A program made the position numbers and the translations under genes. Shown here one piece after another: positions 62,769 to 64,000 of a DNA stretch of 64,000 nucleotides. The stretch lies in IMG/VR virus record IMGVR_UViG_3300035180_001778, positions 62,001 through 126,000 of that record. One strand, written 5' to 3'. Numbering within the stretch: the first letter of the stretch is position 1; the number at the start of each line of letters is the position of its first letter. The notes under the pieces are model-generated. The model worked only from the letters and a program-made list of their open reading frames with translations. It ran no database searches and was not told where the DNA came from.

Positions 62769-64000
62769 CAGCCGCCTCCTTGCGTTGCCAGGATCTTGTA
62801 GAGCTGTTTCACAAGCTCTAGTTGCGTCTTTTGGCGATCGGACACGGCTCGGGCCTTCTTCGGGAGGTAGCCCTTCGTGAGGTTGAGACGAGCATCGAGC
62901 CAGGCGTACCTCTTGTCGTAGAGCTTCTCGATGCTCTTGAGGATGTTCTGGATCGTGTTGATGGGGCCCGAGGGGTCCGTCAGCCCCGTGAGTCGAGCGT
63001 CGACCACAGCTCCCCGAGCGAGCACGTCGGAAGGTAGGATGCTGTTGGCGTACATGTTGTGGTCGACGACAGGACCAGGGACAACGACAGAAACCGTTGC
63101 CTGCACGAGCGCGTTGAAAGTGTCGAACCCCGCTGCATAGGCCACCGAGTTCTTGAGGATGGTGAAGAGATCCGAGAAGCTCTTCTTGATCGTCACCCCA
63201 AAAGGCCTCGTGACGCGGAAAGTGACCGCGGCATTGACAGCAAACGCCACATCGACGTTGAGGGTGGTGGTCGTCGGAGGGGGATTCACGACCTTGTAGA
63301 ACCCGTCGTTCCCATTGCCATCCGTCGGGATGTAGACGAGGTCTCCAGCTTGAACCCCGGCTGCAACGAAGTCCGTGGTCCCCGTCAACACCGTGCCCGC
63401 GGCCGTCCCAACCTGGGTTGCAGGGGAAAGGAGGTCGGTCAACACGTATTCGAAGAAGGCCTCGATCGCGACCTTCTCCGAATTGACGGGGGTGATTGCA
63501 GGGAGAGCCGGCGCCACATTGGTGAGAATGAGGGCCTTTGCTGCCGTCAAGGACGACGTGAGATGCGCGAGGTCACTGAAGGTGTTGAGGGCATCGTCGA
63601 TACGATACTGGAGGATGATCCCATCCGTTGTGAAGGGGTGGTCCACAGTCAAGTCATTTGCTGTGAAGGTGACGATCTGCCTTCGATCCCCGACAGAAAC
63701 TCCTGACGCGATCACGACAGTATACCCCGCTCGAACGCCACCTGTGGTGAAGTCTGCGGACGGATCCGTCATGACATTTCCCACGCTGCTCACCAGAATA
63801 CCCCCTGTGGTGGTCCGATTGCTCACCGTGATGGTGAACGGGAAGCCGGCATCCTGGGTGGTGAACGCCGTGTCCACCGTCACCGTGTTGGCTGTGACGG
63901 CTGTGATTCGTCGGTAGCTGGTCGCGCCATTGAGCCCACCCGTGATACGCACGAGGTCATACACCTGGGGGACAGGGCTCGGGAAGTTGACGGCCGCCGT
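62768..64000 (-). CDS. Large structural protein, 5' partial
   Basis: Frame open to the window edge; repeated DF...GV..G...I beta modules. Confidence 0.75.
   Translation of the reverse strand, partial: TAAVNFPSPVPQVYDLVRITGGLNGATSYRRITAVTANTVTVDTAFTTQDAGFPFTITVSNRTTTGGILVSSVGNVMTDPSADFTTGGVRAGYTVVIASGVSVGDRRQIVTFTANDLTVDHPFTTDGIILQYRIDDALNTFSDLAHLTSSLTAAKALILTNVAPALPAITPVNSEKVAIEAFFEYVLTDLLSPATQVGTAAGTVLTGTTDFVAAGVQAGDLVYIPTDGNGNDGFYKVVNPPPTTTTLNVDVAFAVNAAVTFRVTRPFGVTIKKSFSDLFTILKNSVAYAAGFDTFNALVQATVSVVVPGPVVDHNMYANSILPSDVLARGAVVDARLTGLTDPSGPINTIQNILKSIEKLYDKRYAWLDARLNLTKGYLPKKARAVSDRQKTQLELVKQLYKILATQGGG

Larger units (their letters stand above)
1..64000 (-). other. Segment of a jumbo tailed phage genome (myovirus-type baseplate)
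   Basis: Dense co-oriented genes with ATGA/TGATG overlaps; baseplate J-like and gp25-like genes; very large virion-type ORFs; PolA, DnaB, SNF2, ThyA, DHFR; homing endonucleases; no ribosomal or cell-envelope genes. Confidence 0.9.

Noticed and set aside
1-64000. tRNA, rRNA or CRISPR arrays
   Set aside because: I saw no cloverleaf or T-loop context in the intergenic gaps and no regularly spaced direct repeats; a tRNAscan or CRISPR finder run would be needed to be certain.
1-64000. Stop-codon reassignment as in some jumbo phages
   Set aside because: Multi-kb ORFs are uninterrupted in code 11, TAG/TGA/TAA all end genes, and the breaks seen are frameshifts rather than in-frame stops.
38402-64000. 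Contractile injection system or tailocin of a bacterial chromosome
   Set aside because: It is contiguous and co-oriented with phage replication and metabolism genes, with no chromosomal context.

Overview
The window looks like a 64-kb segment of a GC-rich jumbo tailed phage with a myovirus-type baseplate. It is almost entirely encoded on the minus strand, and the host cannot be named from sequence alone. From left to right: (i) 1-21 kb holds accessory and metabolic genes (AT-hook/H1-like protein, DUF1848 radical-SAM-like protein, metallophosphoesterase, ClpX, carbon-nitrogen hydrolase, RNA ligase, zincin, DHFR, CYTH, ThyA) plus homing-endonuclease-type genes. (ii) 21-34.5 kb holds a DUF2997/DUF1257/Ycf46-like AAA+ trio and a replication module (family A polymerase, stand-alone CHC2 zinc finger, DnaB-like helicase, degenerate DnaC-like protein, SNF2 helicase). 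(iii) 34.5-35.8 kb is a three-gene plus-strand island. (iv) 37.3-38.2 kb holds a holin-like protein and a lipoprotein. (v) 38.4-64 kb is a tail/baseplate module. Four patterns read directly from the sequence stand out. First, an N-terminal R-V-x-x-R-[FY] leader is shared by at least 6 otherwise unrelated proteins (candidate capsid-cargo tag). Second, GGTGTA sits 10 nt (range 9-12) upstream of many start codons, the geometry of leaderless promoters. Third, a C-terminal [TNV]-x-[WY]-x-x-L-acidic tail is shared by 5 unrelated proteins in a window encoding two AAA+ ATPases. Fourth, about 8 single-base frame breaks, mostly at short homopolymers, are confined to accessory genes; one hides a C-terminal QLSLF clamp-binding motif, and these breaks may be sequencing errors. 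No tRNA, rRNA or CRISPR array was recognised. All family assignments come from motif recognition by eye, not database searches.
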